Positions 11,842 through 25,796 of a stretch of 64,000 nucleotides of DNA are shown one piece after another. The stretch lies in contig NC_059427.1 in the NCBI RefSeq assembly GCF_021028975.2, positions 52,080,001 to 52,144,000 of the forward strand, read 5' to 3'. The position numbers and the translations under genes are program-made. Positions within the stretch are counted from its first letter, which is position 1; the number at the start of each line of letters is the position of its first letter. The notes under the pieces are model-generated. The model had not been told where the DNA came from and did not search any database. It saw only the letters and a program-made list of their open reading frames with translations. The DNA is from Sphaerodactylus townsendi (taxonomy: Eukaryota).

Positions 11842-14800
11842 ATTAAGAGCATCTCTAGGTTGGGATTTAGTTGTCGGGGGGGGGGGGGAGGGGGACTATT
11901 AGTGTAGTGGGGAGCATGTAGTCTTCTGCTGGACTCATTTCCCCCCCCCCCAAAAACACAACACAAGTACAATATGAACACTGTTCTTCAAGATGTATGA
12001 CAGGATCGAATTCAAGACACAATTCAGGCTGCTAAACAAAAAGGAAAGTGATGGCTGTTGGGTAGAGCACGAGCTCCTCTCATTCATGAAAGAATGCTTG
12101 AAAGACTATTTCAGAATGATTTACAGAGGACCTGTGATCTCAGCTGATCTTCAGGTCCACGAGTCTTTGGCATCAACTCTGAAATGTTCATAAGGCATCC
12201 GAAGCAGAAAAAAAAAATCAGTGTTTTAACACAAGGCAAAGTACAAATTAAACTGGCTGCCTAATATAAGAACTGACTTCAGTGATCGGGAAGGTGAGGT
12301 TTTTAAATTGAAAGGGTTTTTTAACTGGAGGTTTTAAAACTGCTGTCTGCATTAACCAGGGCTTTTCTAACAAACTGGTTTATTGTGACATCAGAATACG
12401 GTCTGTGATTCTCTTTCAAATTTTCAAAGTGCCACACATGACTGACATGAGTATGTATGTGAAGGGAAATAATTGTCTTGTGCAACATTAATCTGAAATA
12501 AACACAGCTCTAACTAGATTAACAAATTTATGGTGGCAAGTGGCTGTAAGTAAGTAGTGGTTTTGTTGAATATGGCTGAAAACCCTGTAGTCAACTATGG
12601 GTAGCAGATGCAAGGTTTTAAGTATGTGTAGCCCTTTCTATATGGGCTTTTATATGTCCATTGAATAATTGTAGTGTAATCTTCAGAATTTAAAGCATCA
12701 AGGCTCGAAGTAATGGTGAGGTAGAAGACATGAAATCCTTGGTAGATTTTATTGTGTAAATCTCACACAAGGCCTTTCACACAAATCCATTTGACATAAC
12801 TTTCCTATTTTCCGTTAGAACTCCAAGGGTCCATGATGTTATTGTGGTTCCTTTAAGGACTTCCCTTCATTGGAATAATCAACTTCAGTGTTCCAGAAAG
12901 AGACATCTGATACCACTTGGTTTGCCTAGATTCACAGCCCATAATGCTAGCAGTTCCATGATCTGTGGACAGGGCTGGGATGATCTGTAGGCCCCAGCGA
13001 AGAACAGAGCTGATACTTGGCCAATGGGTGTGATGTGAGAGAGCAGCACTCTTCCTCATGAGGAAACGATGAAGCCTATTAATGGGGAATGGTTCTGATC
13101 GCTGACAGCATTTCTAAGCATTTTAGTTGAAAAGTGACCATTTGTGGACAGTGAGGGCACGTGCTGGAGAGAAGGGGAGCATGTGTTTTGAGAGCACAGA
13201 GAGAAATTTTCCATCCCACAGCAAAACTGGCTTAATAACCATTGCGAATCAACTCTATTGTTTGAAGCTGCATTGCTTCATTCAATAATAAAGTTGTTAC
13301 TCTGAAAACATATAACTAAGACAAAATGGGCTTTGAGACTTCAGTTTTGACCTTCTTTGGTATCTGCAGATTATTCACACACTACATTTTCAGCAAAATC
13401 CATAATTTTGTAGAATTCGTTCTAGTGGGGATAGCTTTTACCATTTTTTCCCCTGCTCTCAATCATGTTTTACATACAAAACTGGTACAAACGAATAATC
13501 ATAATTTTGCAAATAAAGGCCAGCACATTCCAAAGTGCCCCAAACTCTTTCTTTCTTGGATATCATTTGCTCAGTCAGATGGAAAATATCTGTGTCATGT
13601 TTATTATCAGCTTGCACGATCTTTACGTTCATGTTCATGTCATCACCCATTTGCAGGAGCTGAATCCTGATTCACAAAGAGTATATGCCAGGAGGACCGC
13701 CTTGGTCATTGCAACTGGCGGGTACTTTACAATCTGTAGCATACATCCAGATGAAGCTAAACATGTACGAAAAAATTAAGTGAACAAACTTTTGCATGAT
13801 GAATATCCAATTCTAGACCTTGGACAACATATCCTCAACTGATGATGGTCATTATGCCACCTTTAAAGTGAATAAAGCTATTGAATTCACTGCCTGCTGG
13901 GAAGAACAGTGTACAGGATACAAGTTTTTAGAGGGAGAGCAATGCTCCTGAGAACTGTCAGTTTAGAGATCCCAGGCACTGTAATTTTGTAATGCAGAAC
14001 CTCCATTATCTATGGTTATCTGAAACTCAAATAAAAGTGCTTATCGGTGGTAGTAAGACTTGTAAAGTTCCAGGCGCTGAAGCATACAGCTGCTGTTTAT
14101 AGCCCAGATCAGTAAGTTCCAAAGACCAGCCAAACCTATTGATCTGCTTCATCTCACAACTGCAATATGAATCATACAAGTTAGGGTCACAAAAGGAATC
14201 TCGGTGCCCATGCATCGAACAGACCAGTTTTCCTTATCTTCAAGTGCTCTCTTCCCTCATTAGCGATAAACTTCTCTCGCCCTTCTTCAGAGCATGCTCA
14301 ACCCTTATCAGGCTGTTTTTTGGGGGGAAGGGTATATTTTCTAACTTGTAAACTAATCTTTGTCTTTCTATGAAGGGAGTCCCCTGAACACCTAGAAACC
14401 CAACCCTATGTGTAGATGGCTCCTTTTGCTGTCTTTGTTATGGTCATGGAAAGTGGCTGTTCAAGGGAATGATTTAAATTTTGCCTGTGAACCAGAAATG
14501 AATTGGTTCAAGTGTGCCAGAGCGGCTACCAAACTTCCATTGGAGTGAATCAGAAGGAAACCATGTTATCCATTTACAGCTCAATCTAAAGCGAAATCTA
14601 ATGGAATGACTCCCTGGAAAGAAGCATAGTAAAGCAATGTGCAGAGCTTCTTGCAAAGTGTTTGGGAGAGCCTGAAAAAGGAAAGTTGTGCCAGTTGCAA
14701 ACCTTTGTTAAAATATCACCTTACAACAGCAATTGTGTGCATAAACATTGATGAAAATATCTTTGGGCTCAGATTAATTAAAAGAATGGATTAGATTTCT

Positions 14801-15752
14801 ATATTACCTCAGTCAAGTATCAAATACCAGTGTCAAATATGACTTACTTATTAGCAACCTGTTTCTGTTTACCTAGACTATTCCCCTTGTGTTTTGTAAA
14901 GCACTTTTGCTCCTCAGAGCAAACATTTTTGCAGAAATGTGAATGGGCTTTGCTATAATGCTATAAATATCCTTAGGTTCTGCCAAGGTGATCCTTGAGA
15001 ACAGAACTAGTCTACAAACAAGCTGGAATAGCCAGTAGCTAATTTGAACTCATAAGTCTCTTTTTTCATGGCAATAATCAGAAGATGTTATTAGAAGGAA
15101 AGAGGTCTGACCGCAAGAGCAAGGACTGGTAGCCGGAACTCTAGGTTCAGGAGCCCCGCATTCTTCACCTGGTACTTGTGTGCCTCTGGATACTTAAAGC
15201 AAAGAACAAAGTACTATTGTGGCAAGCAAAATATAAAGACTATTCAAAAAATGAAAGTCATTAGTTAAAACGGTAAAGCGTGATTATGCTATCCATTTTA
15301 TATAACCCCAATTCTAGGAAATCAAATGGCACTGCTAATATACAAGTAATCATTTTAACTTCTCCAGCCTCCAATGCAACTTCTTGATTAATATTATCCA
15401 CTGTGCCTTTTCTTCGTTAAGGAACTGGCGTCTGATAGGATTGCTAAGAGCCACCATAGACCCCTGGGCAAAGATTCTATCTGCCCACCCCCACCCTACT
15501 CCTGATACGACCAAGATCCAAACTAAATATCAGAACAAAACAAATCACTTGGCTGGCTGTTATCTATAATGAAAGGATCTGCATGCCCATCTGTCTGTAC
15601 ACTTGTGGCAAGCATAACTTAGAAAACAGAACTAAGAATCTCAAAATTGGCCAACAGCTTCAGGATGATCCTGGGAGTTCCAGGGCCAAAAATGAAATGA
15701 ATCAGAATATCCTGGCCCATGTTGTCTCCAGATCTCCCATGCTATTTGCAAC

Positions 15753-15981
15753 GAGAGCTATGTTTGTGTACTGGTTAAAGAATCTGAGCAACTTTTAGGA
15801 AACCCAAGTTCAAATCCCCATTCTGCCAAGGAAACTCTCTGAGTGACTCTGGGCCCACCACACACTGTTCGCCTAACCTACTTCACATGGTTGTTGTGAG
15901 GATAAATAAGGAGATGAGAATGATGGAACCACTTTGGGCTTCCCTTGGGGAGTAAGGCAGGATATAAATAAAGTAAATAAT
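15753..15981 (+). mobile_element. MIR-like tRNA-derived SINE
   Basis: gagagc..gtgtactggttaaag head, gttcaaatcc B-box, cctaacctacttcacatggttgttgtgaggataaa core, A-rich tail. Confidence 0.75.
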
Positions 15982-16148
15982 TTCTGTTCCTCATTTGTTA
16001 GCACTAAAGCAGATTAACAGATTATCCTCACACCTGTTAAGGGTGGAGAGGAGAAGCATCTTTTTACTACTTTGATAGGGGAAATATTAACTCCTCCCTT
16101 AAATATGTTCTGAGTTGCCAAATAGGAGGGGTGAGAAGAAGCTGAGAC

Positions 16149-16372
16149 TAGGGTTGCCAGCATCAAAGTGAGAAATTTCTGGAGATTTGGAGAGTAGAGC
16201 CAGAGGAGGACAGGGTTTGTAGACGATAGGAGAGGGAGTTCAGTAAAGCATAATGCCATAAAGTCTACCTTCCGAAGCATCCATTTTCTTCAAGTGAATT
16301 GATCTCTGTTGCCTAGAGTTTAGTTGTAATCCCAGGAGATCTCCAGTCACCACCTGGATCTTGGTAACTCCA
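16149..16372. mobile_element. TAGGGTTGCC-terminus hAT-like MITE
   Basis: TIRs tagggttgcca / tggtaactcca; decayed 8-bp TSD gctgagac/gcggaggc. Confidence 0.75.
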
Positions 16373-16541
16373 GCGGAGGCTGAAAAATCTGGGGTGGGGG
16401 AGAGAAAAATTGACAAGTGGGGACTGACAAATGGCAAATCATGAAAGGAAAAGAGCAAAACAGGGGAAAGTGTGGAAAACAGAGAAATGTAGGAAAAGAC
16501 AACATTTTTTAAAATTACTACCACATACTAACCAGGCTGTG

Positions 16542-17124
16542 CAGTGGTGGGATCCAAAAATTTTAGTAACAGGTTCCCATGGTGGTGGAATTCAAACAGT
16601 GGCATAGCGCCAATGGGGCTAGGCGGGGCACGACGGGGGCAGGCATTCCGGGGGCGGGGCATTAATAATTTCTCTGTTACTGTAAAAAACTCTTACTGTA
16701 AAAAAAAAGTTCCTAATTTCCAGCTGGTATCTTTCTGTCCATAATTTAAACTCATTATAGCAAGTCCTATCATCTACTGCCAACAGAAACAACTACTTCT
16801 CCTCTAATTGACTGCCTGTCAAATACTTAATACTTGCAAATACTTAATTTTGTTTCTAGAAATCAAAAGAAGGATATGTTCCTTATCCAAGGAACTTTAC
16901 CATATTTCTAAAACATGTTTTTAAAACAGCCCAACAGGGAGAATTATCCCGTTTCCTACCTTCACTAACCAGCCACATAGGAAACAACAGGACTTTATGA
17001 TTTTTGGACCTAATGGAATTTCTAACGGAAAAGCAGACCCAATTAGTAACCCCCTCTCGGCACACACAAATAATTAGTAACCCGCTCTCGGGAACTGGTG
17101 AGAACCTGCTGGATCCCACCTCTG
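16542..17124. mobile_element. non-autonomous hAT element (CAGTGGTGGGAT termini)
   Basis: TIRs cagtggtgggatcc / ggatcccacctctg; TSD aggctgtg/aggctgtc; subterminal ttagtaac repeats. Confidence 0.88.
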
Positions 17125-17794
17125 AGGCTGTCCCTTTGCAAGATCTAGCTGTGCAGGAGGTGGGTGGAAGTAAAGGGAAAAGGAAACCATAGGTCTTGTT
17201 AGTAAGCAGTATTCTGGCATTGACTCTAGCTTGTCCTGGCTAGTCTTGCCTTGTTCTGATGCTGCATCTGTTTAGCAAGATCTGAGATACCCTCAGCCTC
17301 GTAGTAAACTTTGCAAATACCCAGAGTCAGGTATCGCTCTTTTCCATGCTCTGCCTTCACTACACTTCCAGTGGCTGCATTCAGAATTTCATTAGAATTT
17401 TTAAAAGAAATTATTATATGAATAAAGCATGACCACGGCTTCAGGGGCCCACCAGTTGACTCGGGCCCCGGGAATTTTGTCTCTCTAGTCCCCCCACCTC
17501 AGCAGCCCTACTGACACAATATAATGACTTCAAGAAATAACGCTGATGGACAAACAGTCATGACTTTAAAATAATGACATGGTACTCACTGGCATTGATT
17601 TCAGGCACTTTGGGAGGGGGGCAGGGGAACTCTCCCAAGTCCTTATGCACTGGCCTGCCCTGATGAGCTAAAGAGAGTGGAATCTCAGAGATCACATTGT
17701 GGGGATCTGCAAAGAGAGAGGAAAACTGATAGAAATTGCCACAACCTTATATATGAATATTGGCGCTTAAAAAAAGAAAAGAAAGTACTACATA

Positions 17795-17881
17795 CAGTGT
17801 AGTCCTAAACAGAATTATATCCTTCTAAGTCTATTCATTTCAATAGACTAAGAAAGGTGCATCTCTGTTAGGATTGCACTA
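17795..17881. mobile_element. short palindromic MITE
   Basis: cagtgtagtcctaa...ttaggattgcact fold-back; relatives at ~17947-18012 and ~31693-31782. Confidence 0.7.
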
Positions 17882-19514
17882 ATAACCTCACAGAACAGAA
17901 CCTCTATACACTTCAGAAGTGCATTTAGATCAGACATTGAGACTTGCAGTGCAATCCTAAATAAATACTTATAAGTCCACTTAAAGGTGTAACTCAGCTG
18001 AAAATTGTACTATAATACTCTGGATTGTACTTACATCTCTGGATTCAACAAAAACACTTAATACAGAATTGCATGTAAGAGAGAAACCATCTTGTGCTGA
18101 ATGTCTGATACCTATATCAGAATGCCTTCAGCCACCTTACCACACCAGGCCCTCAGTTCAAACTATGTAAATACCTCATTCACGATGCCTGCATGCACAC
18201 ACTTCACATATAATTCTACATTGGTGTGCATCTTAAATACACAATGGTGAATCCCACTGTAATGATTGGGTCTCCAGAACTGCTCCACAGATTGCATCAA
18301 TGAGATTATGTTTAACTAACATTTGCACAGTTCACTTGAACACCCCCCCCCCCCAAACTGGCCTTTTCAATTAAAAACAGTCAGTATCCTGTTACTCAGT
18401 CATAAAACTCAAAAGGTCTATCCTTTGGCGACATCAGAGAAGCCAGAGAATGTCCACTGGAGAGATTAAGATACGTCTATGCCTCCAGAGCATGTCAGCC
18501 ACTCACTAGTAGAAGGCATCAAGCATGGGGTTATGAGTATGCTAGGATCACTATAGGGGTTGATACTTATTTAGTTTTAAGTTTATTCATGATTATTTTG
18601 ATCTAGAAGCTTAGCTTTTGGAAAGATTAGCTCACTTCTTTTCATTGTCAGCATCAAGTGTTCAAGATGCAGTAACAAAAATAGATAAAACAGCACAGTT
18701 TCACCAATGGTATGAGCTCTGACTGTGAGTCTCAGTTCACCATTTATAACACTGGTAATCTACTGCCCTACTAGATTCAGTACCGTTTGATGCTTTAAAA
18801 AAATTCTTTGCATGGTTTCTGCTTAGTTATTTACAGCCCAGGTGGATCCAAATGTGAAGCTTCCATTGGCTCCAGACCAGCAACAACTAGCCGCACACGT
18901 GTTGAAAGCCAACTCCTCTCCTCCCCCTCTTTACTCCACTTTCCTTTGAAGTTTAGGCCAGCTTTTAGCCCTAGCCTGACTGTGTTTATCTGCGCTGACT
19001 GTGAATGGGAATTGGAAAAGGGAAAGGAAAGAATGGCTGCTGCTTTTTAAAAAGCTAATTTAAAAGCAGGCGCAGTCTTCTGTAAAGATGATTCCGATTG
19101 TCCACAGTTCTTTTGAAGGGACAAGGTTAAATCCATTTGTATTCAGAATGTGGGATTAGGCACTCACACAAAATGAACAACATTTCCCTTATTTATTTGA
19201 TACTGAAATGGCCCCAAAGTTTAAGTCAGCCAATTCCCAACTGTTTGGGAATGCCAGGGGATTTTCTGCATTGTTTTTGCTTCTCAAAGCTTTTTATCTC
19301 CTTCCTCGGTACATTTAACAAATTCCTAAATTCCTACTCTCTTCTGTCCAGCATAACCAGAAGTCAGGAAATTTTACTACCACCTCCAAGCTACACATAA
19401 AGGACTTGTGGCATTATTCCAAAACAGTTTGATTATAAAATGTGGAAGTAGAATGCAGTTTCAGCTTTGTGTGTTCTTCTAAGACTTTACATTTTTGTAT
19501 GACCTCAATTAACT

Positions 19515-19745
19515 AAGAAGAAGAAAAATATGCCACCAAATTGATACCAACTCATTGCAACCCCTTCCATGGGGTATTCTAGGCATGCAGTGAGCAGAGG
19601 TGGTTCACCACTGCCTTTCTCCACATAGCAATCCCAGGCTTCCTTGGTGGTCTCCCATCCAAATTCTAACTACCGTGCGGCTCACCCTACTTAACTCCAA
19701 AGCCCTGATAAGCTCAGGCCAAACTAGGCTAATCAGGATGCCACT
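19515..19745 (-). mobile_element. 5S-derived SINE (degenerate)
   Basis: Reverse-complement 5S segment ggtggtctcccatcca plus a Sauria-type tail. Confidence 0.7.
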
Positions 19746-20219
19746 GATTTTTTCAGGCCACATATGCAGGAGCCACTGTATTCCATCCAAGTCTAATGGC
19801 TAGCTTTTTCAGCCTAATCCTCCCTATTTGCAGGCTCTGAATATTCCTGTGGAAGCTCTGCTGGAGCTCAGAAAGGACTCGCGGGGTGGTGGAGAAGAGG
19901 AATCAGCCTGAACTTCAGAAACTCTTATTATTGCCAAGATCTTATCCATCCAATTCTTTAAGTCACAGCTCAGTCACATTTTTTCTCTTTGTGGGATTTC
20001 CCCTTTAGTGCTCTCAGCAGTTTTTCTAGTCCCCATAAAACAGAGCATGCATGGAAATTTCAGTCTTGTATGGTCATAAATAAGGAAGTGAAACTGACAA
20101 TTAAAAAATGAGGAAGATGAGCATTTGGAAGGTGACTGCCACCACACAGGGAAAACTCCAAGAAATACGATGGAAAAACTGCCCCAAGGGAAGAGGATGC
20201 GTTATTATGTTCATAATTA

Positions 20220-20553
20220 TATGTCCTGAACAAGTGTTTGAAGCTGGTGATGAGTTGGATGAAGGCCAATAAACTAAAACTCAGTGTAGGCAAGGGTGAG
20301 GCACTATTCATTGATAATATAGCTGACTAAAAACTGAAAGGGTTGGCCTGTTCTAGATGGGATTATACTCCAATTAGAGGAACAGGTTTAAATCCTAAGA
20401 GGACCCTATCTGACCCATTTCTGCACACGACATGTAATCATCGTACATGGCATGTAGCTCTAGTAAGCATTTTTGGTGAACCAGGGCTATCTTTTCTCAG
20501 AAAAGCTGATTCTGACCGCAGTTAGCCATGCTCTGATGACCTCCTTCCTAGGC
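20220..20553 (+). mobile_element. L2 LINE ORF2 fragment
   Basis: Encodes VLNKCLKLVMSWMKANKLKL and ...SHALMTS..., typical of the L2 post-RT region; interrupted by a hAT MITE. Confidence 0.7.
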
Positions 20554-20851
20554 TAGAGGTCCCCAACCTTTTTGAGCCTGTGTACATCTCTGGAATCCTG
20601 ACACATGGCATAACTTCAAAATAGCTACTGCAGGAGGTGGAGCCACGCACACAGAGAAAGTCCAAGTGCAGGAGAGACAGAAGGGGGGTCATTTTAAAAA
20701 TGCACTGGAAAAGACTGAGAGAATAAAACCAACACGGTGGTGGCAGCTTCCATTGAAACCCTACTTGAAGCTGCATAACCAATCAGATCTCCAGTGGCCA
20801 ATCAGAAGCCCACCTAAAAACACTTGATGAATACCATGTTGGGGACCCCAG
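20554..20851. mobile_element. hAT/Charlie-like MITE nested in L2
   Basis: TIRs tagaggtccccaacc / tgttggggaccccag; TSD not clearly preserved. Confidence 0.7.
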
Positions 20852-23800
20852 CCTGACGTAATGGTGCAGTTAAGTAATTCTAAACTCTAGACAACAGTCC
20901 TATGCCTCCCTTATAGGTGGTAATGTACACTTCAGATGCAAAGGTCTAAGGTAGAGGTCTTTCACCTTCCCTACCACCTGAACATTTTAACTGAAGAAGC
21001 TGGTAATTGAACCAAGGACTTTTGTTTTTACAAAGCAGATGCTGTACCACTAAGCAGATGCTGTACCACTAAGCCATGCTGTCCTCCTAATTTCCTTTAA
21101 GGTTATGCCTGAATTGGGTTATCCTTTGCATAGAAATCCCATTTATTGTCACTAGGGTAATGATCCACTCAGGTCATAAATTGCTGGGGTCTGCCTTTGG
21201 AAACACAGCAATGTCAGAAAAACAACAACAAGAGAGGATCATAAAACCTCTGGGAGGAGAGCCCAAAGCATATTAAGTTGCTTTGCCAATTCTGCAAGGA
21301 CTGTTCTGAGTGAACCCTCGTCAACTGCAGTAGGATGCTGCTGTGCTGTCTCCCCGCCCCAGGCTGAAATCTAACTAAGCCTTCAGTCCTTGTATCTTTA
21401 TTTCAATTCTTTCTTGTTCCAGTCAAGCAGTAAATAAGGCAGCAAGGATACTCGGCTTCTGCTGCAGTACAACATGCCAATGCTCCCAATCTGTTCCTCT
21501 GAGCTCCTGCCAGAACCTTTTATTTAGATAATGCCTATTGTATCTCATTTCTTCTGCACTGGAGTTTTAGTCTTGGAATCCCATCTGCTTTCCTTATTCA
21601 TCCTAACAGTTTTAAGAGACCCATCCAATGGAACAATGTGGCCATTATTACAGCGCATCCCTTCCTATGACAATTCTTAAATAAGTATCTACAGCCTAGT
21701 GAGCTTTTTCAGAAGCCTCTGATTATAATATGCGGGCAGAATGCTTTTGGAAATATTTTGGGTGTCAATGCACCAGGATCCCCAGAAGCCATTCTCTATT
21801 GGTTTCAAGGACTCCTAAGATCACTGTAATTCAAGTGCTCATAACAGACAGAAGATCAGACATTAATTTAAAGATACATTTACTTTAGTCAAGCTGTTAA
21901 CACCAGTCAAAGTTTTCAGTAAGATCAGATGAGTCCCTTGAGATCTGTCTCAATTTACCTCAAAACCAGTGACCTGTGTGTGGGTACATGTTTCTGTGCA
22001 TAGACTGTCCTTGCTGATTTGGGGTTTGCTTCTAGCATCACCTGAGAAATGTTTGCTGTGGTCTCATCATGGGCACTTAACAATATTTGATAGAGACAAA
22101 TTATTTGGCTTTGGGCAAGTCACTGTCCCTCAGGGTCAGTTCCCATTTATAGACTGAAACCAAATAGAAATTCTGCAAGAATGCAGACAGAACAAGACAG
22201 GGGAAGCAGTATTACTGGATGAATACGTTTTGGGAGTCATCTTAAGCACGTCTATGAAAAAGGAAGCCCCAATTTATTCTTTCCTAGGAAAGCAGGATAG
22301 CAGCCTTTGAAACCTAAGAAAACTTTCTCCATGGCATCTGCATTCCCTACTGCTGCCCCCCTCCCCCCTCCCCCCTCCCCCGCTGCCACTCAGCCAACTT
22401 GCCTCTAACTTCCATCTGGGAGCCAGAATGACCAATCCTCTTTGCCTCCTTGTTCTTCCACACTACCTTAAAATCACAGCAGATAGCACATGCTCTGTGG
22501 AACTTCCCAAACAGTTGCAAGACGGCTTCCTCTCTCATCACTTTGGCCACACTGGTAGCCCTACTTGCAGATTACTTAGGCAAGTGAAAAAAAATGCTAG
22601 AATATTCTCATGAGTGAAAGAAATCTCATTATAGTTGAAGACATCTGATAGGGCAAGTGTAGCTTGTCTTGCTGTTTTTGAAGAGAGCTGAGGGAGAGAA
22701 GGCAAGGAGAATAAGTTGCTCTGGCTCCCAGGTACAGGAGGCAAAAGCTGTGGAAAAAAATGGCCAGGAAAGTGCTAACTCTCCTTATCTGCTGCCTGGG
22801 ACAACCACCTCACACCTCATCTATTCACTGACCTGCCCGGGATGGTATGATTATTTCACTTTTGTTTTTATTTCTCTAAAGAGGAAATTTGAGATGGTTC
22901 TATATGCAGTTGTGTTTGAGGAGCTTGTGTTTTTATTCTTAACAGAGATTATGTGACATTGACCAGGAGTAATTCCTGCATACCCCATCTCTGCCTCCAA
23001 GACCTAATTTTGGAGTTGGCATTTTTCAGCTCTGTCCAGCTCTGCAGTGAACTCACAGAGGATTGACATTTAGCCGGCATCATGTAGCAGGCCAAACTAA
23101 ATTGTCTGGGAAATTCCTGGATAGTTTAAGGAAACACTTGGTGAGGCGAAGTTTGGTAAGGGGAAGGAGCTCCACAGTGTTGTGATGCACTCCCGGGTCA
23201 AAGGTCAGTTCCCACAACACCTCTTATTATGAGGTCACTTCCTCCCACCTGTCACTTTCCCCTACCTCTTTTTTTGTATGGAAGTGTTCTGAATAACACA
23301 CTGAACCTTTGATCAAAAAAATTTGTGCTGGTATAACTAGTTTTGATCCACTCAACCTGAAAACCTCTCAAAATCCTCTTCAGGTTTTACTCAAAGTTAA
23401 AGAGCAAAATCCTCTGTCAAAGACCCATAGAGGACCCCAGTCAACAGCAGTCCCACCCCTCTCTTAATCTTCAACCAGCGTTTGATGTCTTTGCTGGTAA
23501 TAATCAGTTTCTCCTAGTATCTATAGTATACCACAGGGAAAGAAGAATTCCATTCCTAGAACATGCACCCTCTGCCATACATTTCTGAACCTGGCATTCT
23601 TGCTATCTATTCAGCAAATGCTGCAAAATTGGTAAAAGATAACTTTTGGCCCTGGGAGGAGCGTCATAACCCACTTGATGATCTCAACACAGAAATAAAC
23701 CCAAAATCAAAATAACTGCACCATCCCTGGCAGACCATTATCACAGACTAAGGATGGAATGAGAGAACCCTCACATTTCTGCCTGTGTCTACGGGGAAGG

Positions 23801-24039
23801 TGGTGGTGGTGGTAGGGTGTCATGCAGCTCATAGTGTAGACATGATGTAGTTTCTCAGCCACATTTCTCATTCTAAGGAAGCATCCCCCAACAATCCCCG
23901 TGAAATTCCACAATGTGAGACCAACGCGAGGCACAGAGAACGAGCAGAGGGAATTTTGGCCTCGTTTCAACTGATTTTTGTTTCAGAAAAGGACGCATCT
24001 TGCTCCTGGGAGAGACTTGAAGAGTCTGAAAGGGGCAGA

Positions 24040-24960
24040 TCAGCAGGCGAGGAGGAATTTAGGGCAGACTGCTCACATGCGCCCTGTGACGTGAGGGCGC
24101 GCGAGGAGAGCTTGTGCCCCGATTTAGCTCGGCGTGGGGGAAGGGAGTGGAAAGTGCGCGCGCGCGCGTCCCCCCCCCCCGCCCGCCCGCCCGCCCGCCC
24201 TTTGAAGCAGCCACGTGCTCTGAGGCGCCTTGTCCTCAGCCGGCCTTTGCAGACAACCCCGCCGTAAACAAATGCAAAGCCCATCCCAACTTTGGTCCTT
24301 TGTAACTCGCCTCGCTAATTCCCGGTCTTGCGGCTCCAAGAACTATTGGTGCTGCCTTGGAAACACCTGCAACTTTTTTTTCTCTCCCCCCTTTTAAACC
24401 GCGAGGCGGTGGGCCATTGAAAGTCCTTCCTCCCCGCTCCCCAGTACAACTCGCTTGCCTCCTGCTCTGTGGCCCTTTCACTAAATAAATACAGCTGAAC
24501 CGGCCCTAGCCCCTCCGCACGTGCCAAAAGAATAAATCGCCCGCCTTGTCCACAGCCCCCACTTCAAATCTTCCTGCTGCTGCTGTGTTTGCTATTCTTA
24601 CTGCAGCTGTAGGGTTGCTGCAGAAGGAGAGAAAAAGATGACCTATGGCGGTCTTGGCTGGTGTGGCTAGTGTGAAAGACTCCCCCCCTTGTAAACCTTC
24701 GCTGCTGGCTTTTTCATGTATTGTGCTATGGCACTTGCCTTTTGTTGCAAAGTGCAAACACAAGCGCACGCACACTGCAAACGGAGGAGGGGAAGCGAGG
24801 GTGCAGCAGCCTCTTTGCGCTGTACTGCCCCGTCCAAAGCCTACGGGTTAAAACAAACATCAACAGTGCGTCAAATAGTTTGCCCGTAAGACTCTTTTGT
24901 TATGAAGATAAGCTTGTTATCTCTTTCATTCAGATTTTAATCTGACAGGTCATTTGCATA
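24040..24960. promoter_or_regulatory. orphan CpG island / promoter-like element
   Basis: High CpG and not TE-bounded. Motifs: GTGACGTG 24086, alternating GC tract 24156-24168, C11+(GCCC)5 GC boxes 24170-24200, CACGTG 24212 and 24518, GTAAACA 24264, ATTGG 24345, inverted GATA pair 24906-24922, ATTTGCAT 24952. Confidence 0.75.
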
Positions 24961-25796
24961 CTGCCAGCTGACTTCAGGGCTTGTATTAGATCCACTTTGC
25001 ATTTAAATCCTCTGTCAGTCAGCAAAATTAAAAAGAGGAGAGAGTAAAGACCTTCTTTCAGTGCCATTACTTTTTGTCTGAGTTTAATGGACCAAAAGGA
25101 AGTGTTTTCTCCCAAACTCTGGAACATCTCTGTTTATTTTCATTGCTATCCCAAAAACAGAATTACTTGTTAGGGTGAAGATTTAGATTTGAAATGGCTG
25201 ATAAGAATAAGAAGCATGCAAGCCTACTTCCCACTTGAGAAAAACCAAAAACATTCCAAAATAAATAGAATGAGTGTGCTAAAAATAGTCATATCTTGGC
25301 AAAACTTTTTACAGTGTGGGTGATAGCATTTCAAAACAGTCAGATGAGGGAAGCAGTACACACTGATCTGGAAGCACAGCCAGGGGTGGTTGCTCACCAA
25401 CCTTCCACCACTCTTATTTTGTGGCGCTTAGAGATCTCCAAGAGTTTTTAATGGATAAACCTTTTTGACTGACTTTCAGACTGACTGACTCTGAAAGTCA
25501 GCTGAGCTGAATTTCTCTTCTGGACTCGTGCTTGCTTCCCTTGACATTGCTTGTTCTATGGCTTTCACATGGTTCCAGAGATTTCTCTGGCATGCTTCCT
25601 TCAGAATGTATTTTAAAAAGTATCAATGTGTCACCGAGTATTGTCCGGAATATTCAAAAACATATGGACCCACAAGAATGGTACATGTTCTGTTACACTG
25701 TATGTTTCATTGTGTATATGCATCCTCTGCATAATGTTAGCAACCTCTACGTGGGGCCTGCAGTTCTCCTGGTGACAGAGATTAGTTCCTCTGGAG

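Noticed and set aside
15446-17510. A second large cargo-carrying hAT
   Set aside because: The terminus-like ends are too degenerate and the flanking 8-mers (ggattgct, ctgacaca) do not match.
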